Source: Candidatus Omnitrophota bacterium (GTDB taxonomy: Bacteria > Omnitrophota > Gorgyraeia > B26-G9). Taken from it: a DNA stretch of 64,000 bases. The stretch covers positions 5,844 through 69,843 of the forward strand of contig JAZDHZ010000043.1 in the NCBI GenBank assembly GCA_043805415.1, given 5' to 3'. Positions 1 to 9,200 of the stretch are shown here, piece by piece; positions within the stretch are counted from its first letter, which is position 1; each line of letters starts with the position of its first letter. The notes beneath the pieces were generated by a model, which did no database searches, had not been told where the DNA came from, and saw only the letters and a list, made by a program, of their open reading frames with translations. A program made the position numbers and the translations under genes.

Positions 1-411
1 GCTTTACTGATAGTTGTTTTGCCAGGAGGCGTGATTAGCCAAATTTGGCAAGCAAATTGGCGTATTGACGGCAAAATAGAACATAGTTACTTAAATCATT
101 TGTGCTATAAATGCAATAATTCAGCCACTCTCAGTCAAAAATACAGCAATGGCGAAACCTTGTATTTTTGTTCTGAACATAAACCTTTGGAAAAAATTAG
201 ACGCAAGTATGGAGCAAAGAGCAATTCTAAAATAAAGGGATATAATCCTTTATTTTGTACTATAATAATTTTGGCTATTTATCTTGGAAATTTTATTAAT
301 GCTTTATTTAGTTTAATTATTAAGCATAAAAACAAAGCTGGATCAATTATCGGAGCTGGTTGGGGCATTTTTTGGGCAATTATTTTTTTAATTTGGTTTA
401 AAAATTTATAA
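1..411 (+). CDS. hypothetical membrane protein with CxxC...CxxH zinc-finger-like motif (5'-truncated by window edge)
   Basis: Frame is open from base 1; CYKC...FCSEH motif followed by two hydrophobic C-terminal segments. Confidence 0.6.
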   Translation, partial: ALLIVVLPGGVISQIWQANWRIDGKIEHSYLNHLCYKCNNSATLSQKYSNGETLYFCSEHKPLEKIRRKYGAKSNSKIKGYNPLFCTIIILAIYLGNFINALFSLIIKHKNKAGSIIGAGWGIFWAIIFLIWFKNL

Positions 412-481
412 TATTTGCGGGTTTAAAATTAAAATAATTAATTGTTTTAACATCTTCGGGAATTTAGGATAAGGTTTTCAC

Positions 482-2062
482 ATGTTTTTAATTCAAAATT
501 TAAAACTAGCTTTTGATCATACGCAAGAAGATCTTAAAAAAGCAATAGCAAAATCAATAAACATTGATATTAATCGAATTAAGCATTTTGAGATTAAGCG
601 CAAATCAATCGATGCTCGTTCGAAAACCATGATTTGTTTTGTTTATTCACTGTCAGTATCAGTGGATCCGGCTATTGCCGATAAGATTGAGATTGACAAT
701 AAACATATTCTTAATTACTTGCCTGTGGTTTATCAGCTGCCCAGCACAAAACGCAAAATAAACAAGCCGCCGATTATTATTGGTGCTGGTCCGGCCGGGT
801 TATTTGCCGGATTGCTTTTATCCGAAGCCGGGTTTTCGCCGCTAATTCTAGAACAAGGCAAAGATGTTGATGCGCGAACCGCTGATATTCAGCGGTTTTT
901 TAGCCAGGGCAAGCTGAATGAACAGTCTAATGTGCAGTTTGGGGAAGGCGGGGCAGGCACTTTTTCTGACGGAAAACTTTACACTTTGATCAATGACAAA
1001 CGTTCTCAAAAAGTTTTTGAGCTATTTGTGCAAGCCGGCGCGCCGCCGGAAATATTATACAGCGCCAAGCCGCATATCGGCACAGACAAGCTTAGAGAAG
1101 TTGTGAAGAATTTGCGCGAAAAAATCAAGGCCTTAGGCGGTCAGATAAAGTTTAATACCAAAATCACTGATTTTATAATTGAAAATAATAAAGCGCGGGC
1201 TGCCATCAGCGCTAGCAATGAAAGCTTTGAATCTGAAATCATAATCCTGGCTTTGGGCGGCAGCGCTCGCCATACCTTTGAGTTATTATATAAAAAAGGT
1301 CTGCGCATGCAGTCAAAACCCTTTTCCATCGGCGTGCGTATCGAGCATCCGCAAACTCTGATCAGTAAAGCTAAATACCGTAATTTTTACAATGATCCGC
1401 GTTTAGGACCCGCTGAATATAAACTCGCGCATCATGCGCATAATAATCGTTCAGTTTATTCCTTTTGCATGTGCCCGGGAGGAACAGTTGTCGCCTGTTC
1501 CTCGGAAAATGAGGGAATTGTTACTAATGGAATGAGCGAATTTGCCAGAGACAAACAAAATGCCAATAGTGCGATTGTTGTGGGAGTCAGGCCAGAGGAT
1601 TTTGGCTCAGATAATCCGCTGGCGGGAATTGACTTTCAACGTAAATGGGAAAAACTAGCGTTTAAAACCGGAGGCAGTAATTTTATTGCCCCAGCTCAGC
1701 TGGTAGGTGATTTTTTAAACAAAAAAAGATCAAAGCAATTAGGCAGTGTTCAGCCTTCATATCCTTTGGGAATATTGCTGGGAGATTTAACTGAATGTTT
1801 GCCGGAATTTGTAACTGATACCATAAAACAAGGATTAATTGAGTTTGATAAAAAAATAAAAGGTTTTGCCCTGCCTGATGCTGTTTTAACCGGAGTGGAA
1901 ACCAGAACTTCTTCGCCGGTGCGGATTTTAAGAGATGAAAAATACTGCAGCAATATAAAGGGTTTTTATCCGATTGGGGAAGGCGCTGGTTATGCGGGCG
2001 GCATTGTTTCCGCGGCGCTGGATGGGATAAAAGCAGCCGAAGCAATCCTGGGATTAGAATAA
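482..2062 (+). CDS. NAD(P)/FAD-dependent oxidoreductase (uncharacterised FAD-dependent dehydrogenase family)
   Basis: GAGPAG dinucleotide motif, FGEGGAGTFSDGKL, FCMCPGG, GEGAGYAGGIVSAA. Confidence 0.9.
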   Translation: MFLIQNLKLAFDHTQEDLKKAIAKSINIDINRIKHFEIKRKSIDARSKTMICFVYSLSVSVDPAIADKIEIDNKHILNYLPVVYQLPSTKRKINKPPIIIGAGPAGLFAGLLLSEAGFSPLILEQGKDVDARTADIQRFFSQGKLNEQSNVQFGEGGAGTFSDGKLYTLINDKRSQKVFELFVQAGAPPEILYSAKPHIGTDKLREVVKNLREKIKALGGQIKFNTKITDFIIENNKARAAISASNESFESEIIILALGGSARHTFELLYKKGLRMQSKPFSIGVRIEHPQTLISKAKYRNFYNDPRLGPAEYKLAHHAHNNRSVYSFCMCPGGTVVACSSENEGIVTNGMSEFARDKQNANSAIVVGVRPEDFGSDNPLAGIDFQRKWEKLAFKTGGSNFIAPAQLVGDFLNKKRSKQLGSVQPSYPLGILLGDLTECLPEFVTDTIKQGLIEFDKKIKGFALPDAVLTGVETRTSSPVRILRDEKYCSNIKGFYPIGEGAGYAGGIVSAALDGIKAAEAILGLE

Positions 2063-2173
2063 CTAAACAGATCGCAATGCTCAAAAACAATATTAACACC
2101 CAAGCGCGAAGCCGCGCTAAAAGACAAAATTGCCGGCAAACTTTAAATTAAAGCTTAGACGGCTGGATTATTT

Positions 2174-3592
2174 ATGAAAAAAATAATAAAACAATTGGCA
2201 AAAAAGATTTTGCTTATTTTCTTGGGGATTATATTTGCTGGTTTAGCAATTGAGCTGAGCTTACAGGCTTTTATCTGTTTTTCGGGATTAGCAAATCAGT
2301 TTGATCAAAAAACAAGGTTCAATTGTAAAAAAGTAAAAATACTCTGTCTTGGTGATTCGTTTACCTACGGCATAGGCGCGGAAAAGGGATTTAGCTACCC
2401 TGAACAGCTGCAAGTAATGCTGAATGAAAAACAAAACCAGCAGGAATTTGAGGTTATTAATTGCGGGCAGCCCGGATTTAATACTGCTTTAATTGTCCAA
2501 AGAGCTTTGTCCCGGATTAAAGACTTAAACCCAAATATTTTAATTATCATGACTGGAGCTAATGATTATTGGAATTTATCAGGTTTGGGCAAGGATACTG
2601 GGAACATTTTACTAGAATTAAACTCTTTGCTGTATAATTTCCGTTCTTACCGTTTAATCCAGATCGGCATGTCTAAGCTGATTCAAAAAAATAATGTTTA
2701 TCAGACCGGCATTAATCAGCTAAGACACAAGCTAAAGCCAAAGGAGTTCGAACAAGCCTTGGAATTCTTGCGCTTTATTAAATATTTCCGGCATTTTAAA
2801 CTTTCCCATAACTATGAACAAGCCTTGATTGCTTTAGATCAGGCCTTAAACCTGCGTTATTTTGATCAGCATGTTTTTGAACTATTGGATGAATTGTTTA
2901 TTGATTGGCGGGATTTTTCCAAAGCAATCTGCTATTATGAAAGACTTAATCAGTTAAATCCGGATGATGGAAACGTTGATATTCGTCTGGCGAGAATGTA
3001 TAAAGCGGTTCAGGACTATGAAAAGTCGCTTACATTTTACAAAAAAGTTCATGCGCTTGATCCGGATTCAGCAGAAGCAGCTGCCGGAATAATTAATGCG
3101 GATAATTTTTTAAAACAAAAAATAAGCAAAAACTTTACGATCAATCCTGATGAGCATTCGCTGGTTTGCAAAAACAATTTTAATTTAAAAGATATTTTTA
3201 GTGAAAACCTGGAATTAGCCGATGAAGATTATGCTTTATTGCTGGATATGATTTTACTGGTACAGAGACCCCAATTTATCAAAGAGAATAAATACCGAAA
3301 ATCTTTAGAGCCTATTTATATGAATAAATTGAAGTTGCTTGCTGATTTATGCGAACAGAAAAAGCTAAAAGTTTTATTTTTAAGTTATCCTAACTTTGTA
3401 AGAGACTATGCGTATAAAGGTTTGAAAAACAAAAATACTGAATTTATTGACCTGAGAGATAAATTCGCCCAAATCGTAAATCCCAAAAACAGAAGCGAAT
3501 ATGAATCGCTTGACGCCCATTGCACAGCAAAAGGTTATCGCCTGATTGCCGATATTGTAAGTGAGCAGATAATTAAGGATTTAGTAAAATAA
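2174..3592 (+). CDS. membrane-anchored SGNH/GDSL hydrolase with inserted TPR repeats
   Basis: N-terminal TM helix; GDSFTYG block I, GANDY block III, C-terminal DAH; TPR-like helices (LARMYKAVQDYEKSLTFYKKVHALDP) between blocks. Confidence 0.8.
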   Translation: MKKIIKQLAKKILLIFLGIIFAGLAIELSLQAFICFSGLANQFDQKTRFNCKKVKILCLGDSFTYGIGAEKGFSYPEQLQVMLNEKQNQQEFEVINCGQPGFNTALIVQRALSRIKDLNPNILIIMTGANDYWNLSGLGKDTGNILLELNSLLYNFRSYRLIQIGMSKLIQKNNVYQTGINQLRHKLKPKEFEQALEFLRFIKYFRHFKLSHNYEQALIALDQALNLRYFDQHVFELLDELFIDWRDFSKAICYYERLNQLNPDDGNVDIRLARMYKAVQDYEKSLTFYKKVHALDPDSAEAAAGIINADNFLKQKISKNFTINPDEHSLVCKNNFNLKDIFSENLELADEDYALLLDMILLVQRPQFIKENKYRKSLEPIYMNKLKLLADLCEQKKLKVLFLSYPNFVRDYAYKGLKNKNTEFIDLRDKFAQIVNPKNRSEYESLDAHCTAKGYRLIADIVSEQIIKDLVK

Positions 3593-3671
3593 GCTGTAAC
3601 GATAAACTCTCTAAGCAGCTTACGGAAAATGATTTGTCAAGGGGTATATTTTTCAGGCGATGTCTTTTTTA

Positions 3672-3700
3672 TTGACGCACTGACAGCAAGGGAGTATTAT
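3672..3700 (+). promoter_or_regulatory. sigma70-type promoter
   Basis: TTGACG-17 nt-TATTAT. Confidence 0.65.
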
Positions 3701-3725
3701 TTATTTATCATAATTAAGTAAAAAA

Positions 3726-3811
3726 AGTCTCTAATACCACAGTGGAGCGGAAGATGAGGCTAAAAATATAATAATATAAAGGCAATTTCTAAGTAAAGGG
3801 ATTGCTTTTTT
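3726..3811 (+). ncRNA. candidate structured leader/sRNA (AATAC...CGGAAGATGA hairpin plus intrinsic terminator), copy 1
   Basis: Motif and terminator GCAATTTCT-AAGTAA-AGGGATTGC-T6 recur at 36630-36731. Confidence 0.45.
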
Positions 3812-3858
3812 ATTTAGAGCCTTTAGCCAGGATTAAACGCCGCTAAATATAGAAATCT

Positions 3859-3885
3859 TATAATATCAGATGGTCTGATATTATA
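3859..3885. promoter_or_regulatory. perfect 12-bp inverted repeat (operator or RNA hairpin)
   Basis: TATAATATCAGA-TGG-TCTGATATTATA, 35 bp upstream of the 3920 start. Confidence 0.5.
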
Positions 3886-3919
3886 TTTTAGATAGAGCTA
3901 ATAGCCAAAGGAGATACAT

Positions 3920-4333
3920 ATGAAAACAAAAGCAGGTTTGTGGATTGACCATAAGAAAGCGATTGTTGTAGCGATTACAGATAAAGGCGAAGAAGCGATT
4001 GAAGTAATAATATCAGAAACAGGCAAACAGCCCCGCCGTTCTGGGGATTGCCCGCTTAAGGGTGACTATGAATCACAGCAAGCTCCGGAAAGTGATGTCC
4101 GCCAAAAAACTTTGACCGGACAGCTAAATGTTTATTATAATGAAATAATCGCCAGCATTCGGCAGGCAGAATCTATTCTGATATTTGGCCCGGGTGAAGC
4201 AAAAACTGAACTGAAAAAACGCCTTGAAAAAAGCAGCCTAGGCAAACGCATCGTAGGCGTTGAAACAGTTGATAAGCTGACGGATCATCAGATTGCGGCA
4301 AAAGTACGAAAATATTTTTCAGAAGAAGCTTAA
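3920..4333 (+). CDS. eRF1/Dom34 middle-domain-like small protein (bacterial archaeo-eukaryotic release factor-like)
   Basis: GLWIDHKKAIVV N-terminus, ILIFGPGEAKTELKK, ETVDKLTDHQIAAKVR; strong RBS AAGGAG. Confidence 0.65.
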   Translation: MKTKAGLWIDHKKAIVVAITDKGEEAIEVIISETGKQPRRSGDCPLKGDYESQQAPESDVRQKTLTGQLNVYYNEIIASIRQAESILIFGPGEAKTELKKRLEKSSLGKRIVGVETVDKLTDHQIAAKVRKYFSEEA

Positions 4334-4435
4334 CGAATAAATTAATTGAACGGATTTTTCAGCGGTTAAACTTATCTCAAAGATAGCTTATTTATTTTTT
4401 TATATTTAAGTATTTTAATCTTCGGAGGAAAGATT

Positions 4436-5515
4436 ATGAAACTTTTCAGCAAATTTAATTTAGGAAAACTGGAATTAAAAAACCGTATTGTCATGTCTCC
4501 GATGACCCGCTCCAGAGCCACGGCTGAGCATATACCTAATGAGCTGATGGTTGAATACTATAAACAAAGAGCCAGTGCCGGACTGATAATTACCGAAGGC
4601 ACTGCGCCTTCAGCTAATGGCACGGGTTATCCGCGGATTCCGGGAATTTATAATCCAGCCCAAATCCAAGGCTGGAAGAAAATTACCGATGCCGTGCATG
4701 CTAAACAAGGGAAAATGTTTTTACAGATGATGCATACCGGACGGGTTTCCCATCCTGAGAATATGCCCGCAGGCGCAAAGATTATCGCTCCATCGGCAAT
4801 TGGCCTAAATGGGCAGATTTATACTGATTCCAAAGGCTTGCAGAATTTTCCTGTACCGCGGGAAATGAGTATAGCGGATATTGAACAAGCGCAAAATGAA
4901 TTTGTCCAGGCAGCCAAGAACGCGATTAAGGCGGGTTTTGACGGAGTAGAAATCCATGGAGCCAATGGATATCTGATTGATCAATTTATTAATCCGGCAG
5001 CAAATCAGCGCAACGATAACTATGGAAACACTGTGGAAAACCGCTGCAGGTTTGCCATAGAAGTTGCCCAGAAAGTAGTCAAAGCCATTGGACAGGAAAA
5101 AACCGGCATGCGGCTTTCTCCTTATGGGGTATTCAATGATATGAGTATCTTTGATCAGATTGAACAGACTTATAAATATCTTGCTGATGCCCTGGGCAAA
5201 ATAAAATTAGTTTATATTCATCTGGTAGACCATTCTTCAATGGGATCACCGCAAGTACCTGAAGCTATTGTATCCAATATTCGTAAATTTTTTAAGGGTA
5301 ACATTATTGCTAGCGGAGGATTGGATAAAGAAAAAGCCGAAGCCATATTAAAAGCAGATAAAGCTGATTTAACGGCATTTGGCAGGGCTTTTCTGGCTAA
5401 TCCGGACTTAGTATATAAAATGCAAAATGATGTAGCTTTAAATAATCCTGATTATGATACATTCTATACCCCAGGTGAAAAAGGTTATACTGATTATCCT
5501 ATTTCAGCTAAATAA
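4436..5515 (+). CDS. nemA: old yellow enzyme / alkene reductase (NemA-like)
   Basis: NRIVMSPMTRSRA, GFDGVEIHGANGYL, FGRAFLANPDL, GYTDYP. Confidence 0.9.
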   Translation: MKLFSKFNLGKLELKNRIVMSPMTRSRATAEHIPNELMVEYYKQRASAGLIITEGTAPSANGTGYPRIPGIYNPAQIQGWKKITDAVHAKQGKMFLQMMHTGRVSHPENMPAGAKIIAPSAIGLNGQIYTDSKGLQNFPVPREMSIADIEQAQNEFVQAAKNAIKAGFDGVEIHGANGYLIDQFINPAANQRNDNYGNTVENRCRFAIEVAQKVVKAIGQEKTGMRLSPYGVFNDMSIFDQIEQTYKYLADALGKIKLVYIHLVDHSSMGSPQVPEAIVSNIRKFFKGNIIASGGLDKEKAEAILKADKADLTAFGRAFLANPDLVYKMQNDVALNNPDYDTFYTPGEKGYTDYPISAK

Positions 5516-5647
5516 ATTTATCAAAAAAATAGATGATTTATTTTTTCGGCTTAAGTATAAAGACATCCGTATCTTATCTAATTAAAACAATCGCCTCTTT
5601 TTAAAAACATTATTTACCCAGCAAAACTTTTAAAAATCATGCTTAAT

Positions 5648-5676
5648 TTGGCAAAATCATAATTATGTGATATAAT
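5648..5676 (+). promoter_or_regulatory. sigma70 promoter with extended -10 for the giant repeat-protein leader
   Basis: TTGGCA-17 nt-TATAAT with TG at -15/-14. Confidence 0.65.
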
Positions 5677-5904
5677 TTAACTAAGATAAGAGTTTATAAA
5701 AGAATGAAATATGTGTTGAGGAAGAGGAAGGTAATTATTTAGTATTTTATATTTATAATAATTATTCTTAAATAACGCAATTGTTTAAACTTATACACCT
5801 GCCTCCTTACTCCTCAAAGTTTTTGGGAAATTGCATTTTTGTATTATGCTTAATTTTTCTAAACCTAAGCAAAGTGCAAGTCTTCGAAAAAAAGCGTTTA
5901 AAGA

Positions 5905-6092
5905 AATATCCGAAAAGGCAAACCTGTCGAAAGGCAGGGGCATTCTAGTGGAATAACTATAATCGTTAATTCGCTAGAATCCCTTAAAAGGTTTTTTAAG
6001 GGGCAAAGCTATGGATCTAAAGCATATGTGATGATCGCCTGGCTGACCGATAACGAGTTAACCTATATGCCAAGATTGCCAAGCTGCCGAAT
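5905..6092 (+). ncRNA. c-di-GMP-I (GEMM-I) riboswitch, variant with insertions
   Basis: GGCAAACCTGTC-GAAA-GGCAGGGGC, then a 61-nt insertion, then GCAAAGCTATGGATCTAA...AAGATTGCCAAGCTGCCGA; G at the position-20 equivalent. Confidence 0.8.
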
Positions 6093-6114
6093 TATTAGCA
6101 GATTGGCTTTTTTT
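6086..6114 (+). terminator. riboswitch expression-platform terminator
   Basis: GCCGAAT...ATTGGC followed by T7; overlaps the aptamer 3' strand. Confidence 0.55.
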
Positions 6115-6204
6115 ATACTTATTAATATGATCCAGAAATAAATATTATATGGTTAGGTATTTTTCGATATTTTATATTTTTCCTTAAACAAATGGGGGCA
6201 AAAA

Positions 6205-9200
6205 ATGGATAAGCGAGCGCAATTAATTAAAATATGTTTAATTCTATATTGTCTTGAAGTTTTTATTCCGAATAGTATTTTTGCCCAACAATTGCCTGAG
6301 CAAACAGAGGCACAGACCGCTATTATTGAGGAATCATTCACTGATGGAAATGTGGAAACTCTGACCATTGCAGCTGACCCAGACACAATTCATTTGGAAT
6401 CAATGCTTTCTTCAGAGCAATTAGCGGAAACTTATGCGTATGCCTTTGACCTGCTTAATGACCAAGGCGCTGAGGATATAATTACTGCTTATCTTGAAAA
6501 TGGCTATAGTTTATCAGCTATTGGAGAAATCCTTAAAAATGCCAGCTTTTCTTTAGAAGATACTTTTAAGGCAATGGTTAATCATTTAGGGGAAGATTCC
6601 CTTGGGGAAATTATCGGAGCTCTGCTGGAAGCTAAATTTAAATCAGGGGATGTATTTAAAGTCGCGATAAATCACTTAAAGCAGGTAAGTCCTGAGCTTA
6701 CTGATAATCAAATTATTGAAAAAGTTTTGGGAACATCCGTAGATCCGGCTAATTTAAAAAGCTTGATGCAGGAGATTTTTATTGAAAAAATTTCCTCAGT
6801 AAGCGATCCGATTAAGTGCGATTTAGTTATAGCTATGATTGATTCGGGATTTAGCTTAAATGAAATAACTAGCGCATTAACTGAAAATGGTTTTAGTATT
6901 GATCAAATTGCTCAAATTTATAGTTTAGGCAGCATTGATATTGGTTTAACTTATGATCTATTGCTAAATACGCCGGGTTCGCAGGAAACGGATGTGATCA
7001 GAGCTTTACTTGCTTCATCTTACACTAAATCAGAAGTATTTGAGTGTATAGTCAATAAACTTTCTGGAACTAAAAGTGTTGAACAAATTGTGTCAACTAT
7101 CATGGGGCAGATTGATGTTGGCGGCCCAAGCGATGAACAATTAAACAATGCTATTGTTCTGTCTGGAGTATTACATGCTGGAGGAATAAGTATTTCTGAA
7201 ATAAGCGGAGCTTTTCTTTCCGCGGGATTTAATTTAGACAATGTTGTGGCTGTGCTTAACGGGATTGGAACTGCTCTGGATGATGCTTTTGCAACTTTGC
7301 TAGGCGCTAATGGCGGACAGAGTATTGCTGATGTGGCAGCAGCTTTAATCAGTAATGGATTTGATGTGCATGCTGTTTTCGCGCTAAGCACTGCAGAATT
7401 TAAAAACCAGGGAGTCGGCTTAACTCAGGTTGTCCAGGCACTTATTGGAACCATTGATCCTGAGAAAGGGCCGACTAAAAACCAGACAGATAATTCGCGG
7501 TTATTAGTAGATGTGTTGCTTAACGCAGATGACTCTTTACAGAACATAGCTGAAGCTTTTATTGCCAATGATTTTGGTTTGGAGAATACGGCTAAATTAT
7601 TTAAAAGCAATGGTGTATCAGCAGTGGATACTTATAATGCTTTAGTTGGGGCTACGGAAGGTGAATACGCGAGCGTAGCAGTGGCAATGACTACTATTGG
7701 TTTTACTGGCAGCATTGTTATTGAGCTTGCGGTAACAGATCTTAAGGCTCATGAATTCAGTAACGCGGATATTATGTCAATGCTAATTGGAACTGTAGAA
7801 GAAGGTAAAATTCCTACTAACCCTCAGATAACTATAGCGGGTTGCTTAACAAAAATTTTAATTGATCAGGGCGTTGCTTTGCCGGAAATCGGAGAAAATC
7901 TTATTAGCCAAGGCTTTAATTTAAATTATACAGCTAAAATATTTAAAAAAGCTGATGTTGATATCACTGAGGCATTTTCGGTTATGATTAAATTGGACGC
8001 CGAGGCAGGCTTTGATGTTGTATGCGCAGATTTGAAAGCCGCCGGCTACAGGGCCGCGGATATATTTAAAGAAGCGGTAACTGCCCTGCAGGAGCAAGGG
8101 CATGGTGTCAGTGAAATTATAAATATTTTAATCACTGCGGTTGATTCTGGAAAAAATGCTACAGGCGCGCAAATTAATAATGCTGGCGACTTGGTAAAGT
8201 ATTTAATTTCCGGGGGCAGCGCATCACAGGAAATTTGCGAAGGGCTCTTGGCTATTAATTTTTCTTTATCTGACATCGCGAAGGTAATGCGAAAAACAAG
8301 CGTAGAACTTGATGTTGTTTTTGCGGAAATCCTTGCTCTGGGTGGCGGGCAGGACATTGGTTTGGTTTCTGAGGCGCTTATTGCCGGAAGCTATGATCGT
8401 AATAGTGTTTTTCAAATAGCAATAGGAGAATTAAAAGCTCAAGATTACAGTACAGCCGCGATTATAAATACGCTAATCGGCGTGGTTGATCCCGAAGAAG
8501 GACAATCCGTTTATCAGAAAACTAATGCCCCATACTTGCTGCTGAGTTTATCTTTGGATGGGGGAAATTTAGAAGAAATCTGCGGCGGTTTTCTTAGTGC
8601 TGGTTTTAGTTTAGACGAAATAGCGTCAGCAACAAAAAAAGTCAACATTGATCTTATCCAAACCTATTCCGCGTTATTAAACGCGAATGGCGGTCAAGAT
8701 TCTGAAGCTGTGATTAACGCGCTTAATAATGCCGGATATGAAATATCGACCTTGTTCGAATTAATTGTTCCAGAGCTTCAGGGTAAGGATTACAGTACAG
8801 CGCAGATAATAACTTTCTTAATCGGCAATGTTAATCCAGTATCTGGACTTTCCGCTAAACAATTAGAAAGAGCGCATATTCTGGTTTATGTTCTAAGCGA
8901 AACAGGGGAATCTATAGAAAATATTTCCACAGCTATGGCTACTGCTGGATTTAAAGTCGAAGACAATGCGAAAATACTTTATCGGAAAATTGGAGATGCT
9001 GCTGAAGCCTACAATCTATTAACTAGTACTTACGGCCAAGAAAGTGTCACTACCATAGCTTTAGGAATGATTAATGCTGGATATGATATAGAATCTGTGC
9101 TCAATATAATTATTCCTATTTTCGAAGATCAAGAACTTTCCATGCCGGATATTATTAGCACAATTATCGGAGTAATCGCTTCAGAAAATAAGCCGACCTC

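Noticed and set aside
5936-6005. AGGGGCA 7-bp repeat as a target-site duplication around the riboswitch insert
   Set aside because: Collapsing it deletes the conserved GC of P2; the insert boundaries fit the two hairpins (5942-6002) better, so the match is likely incidental
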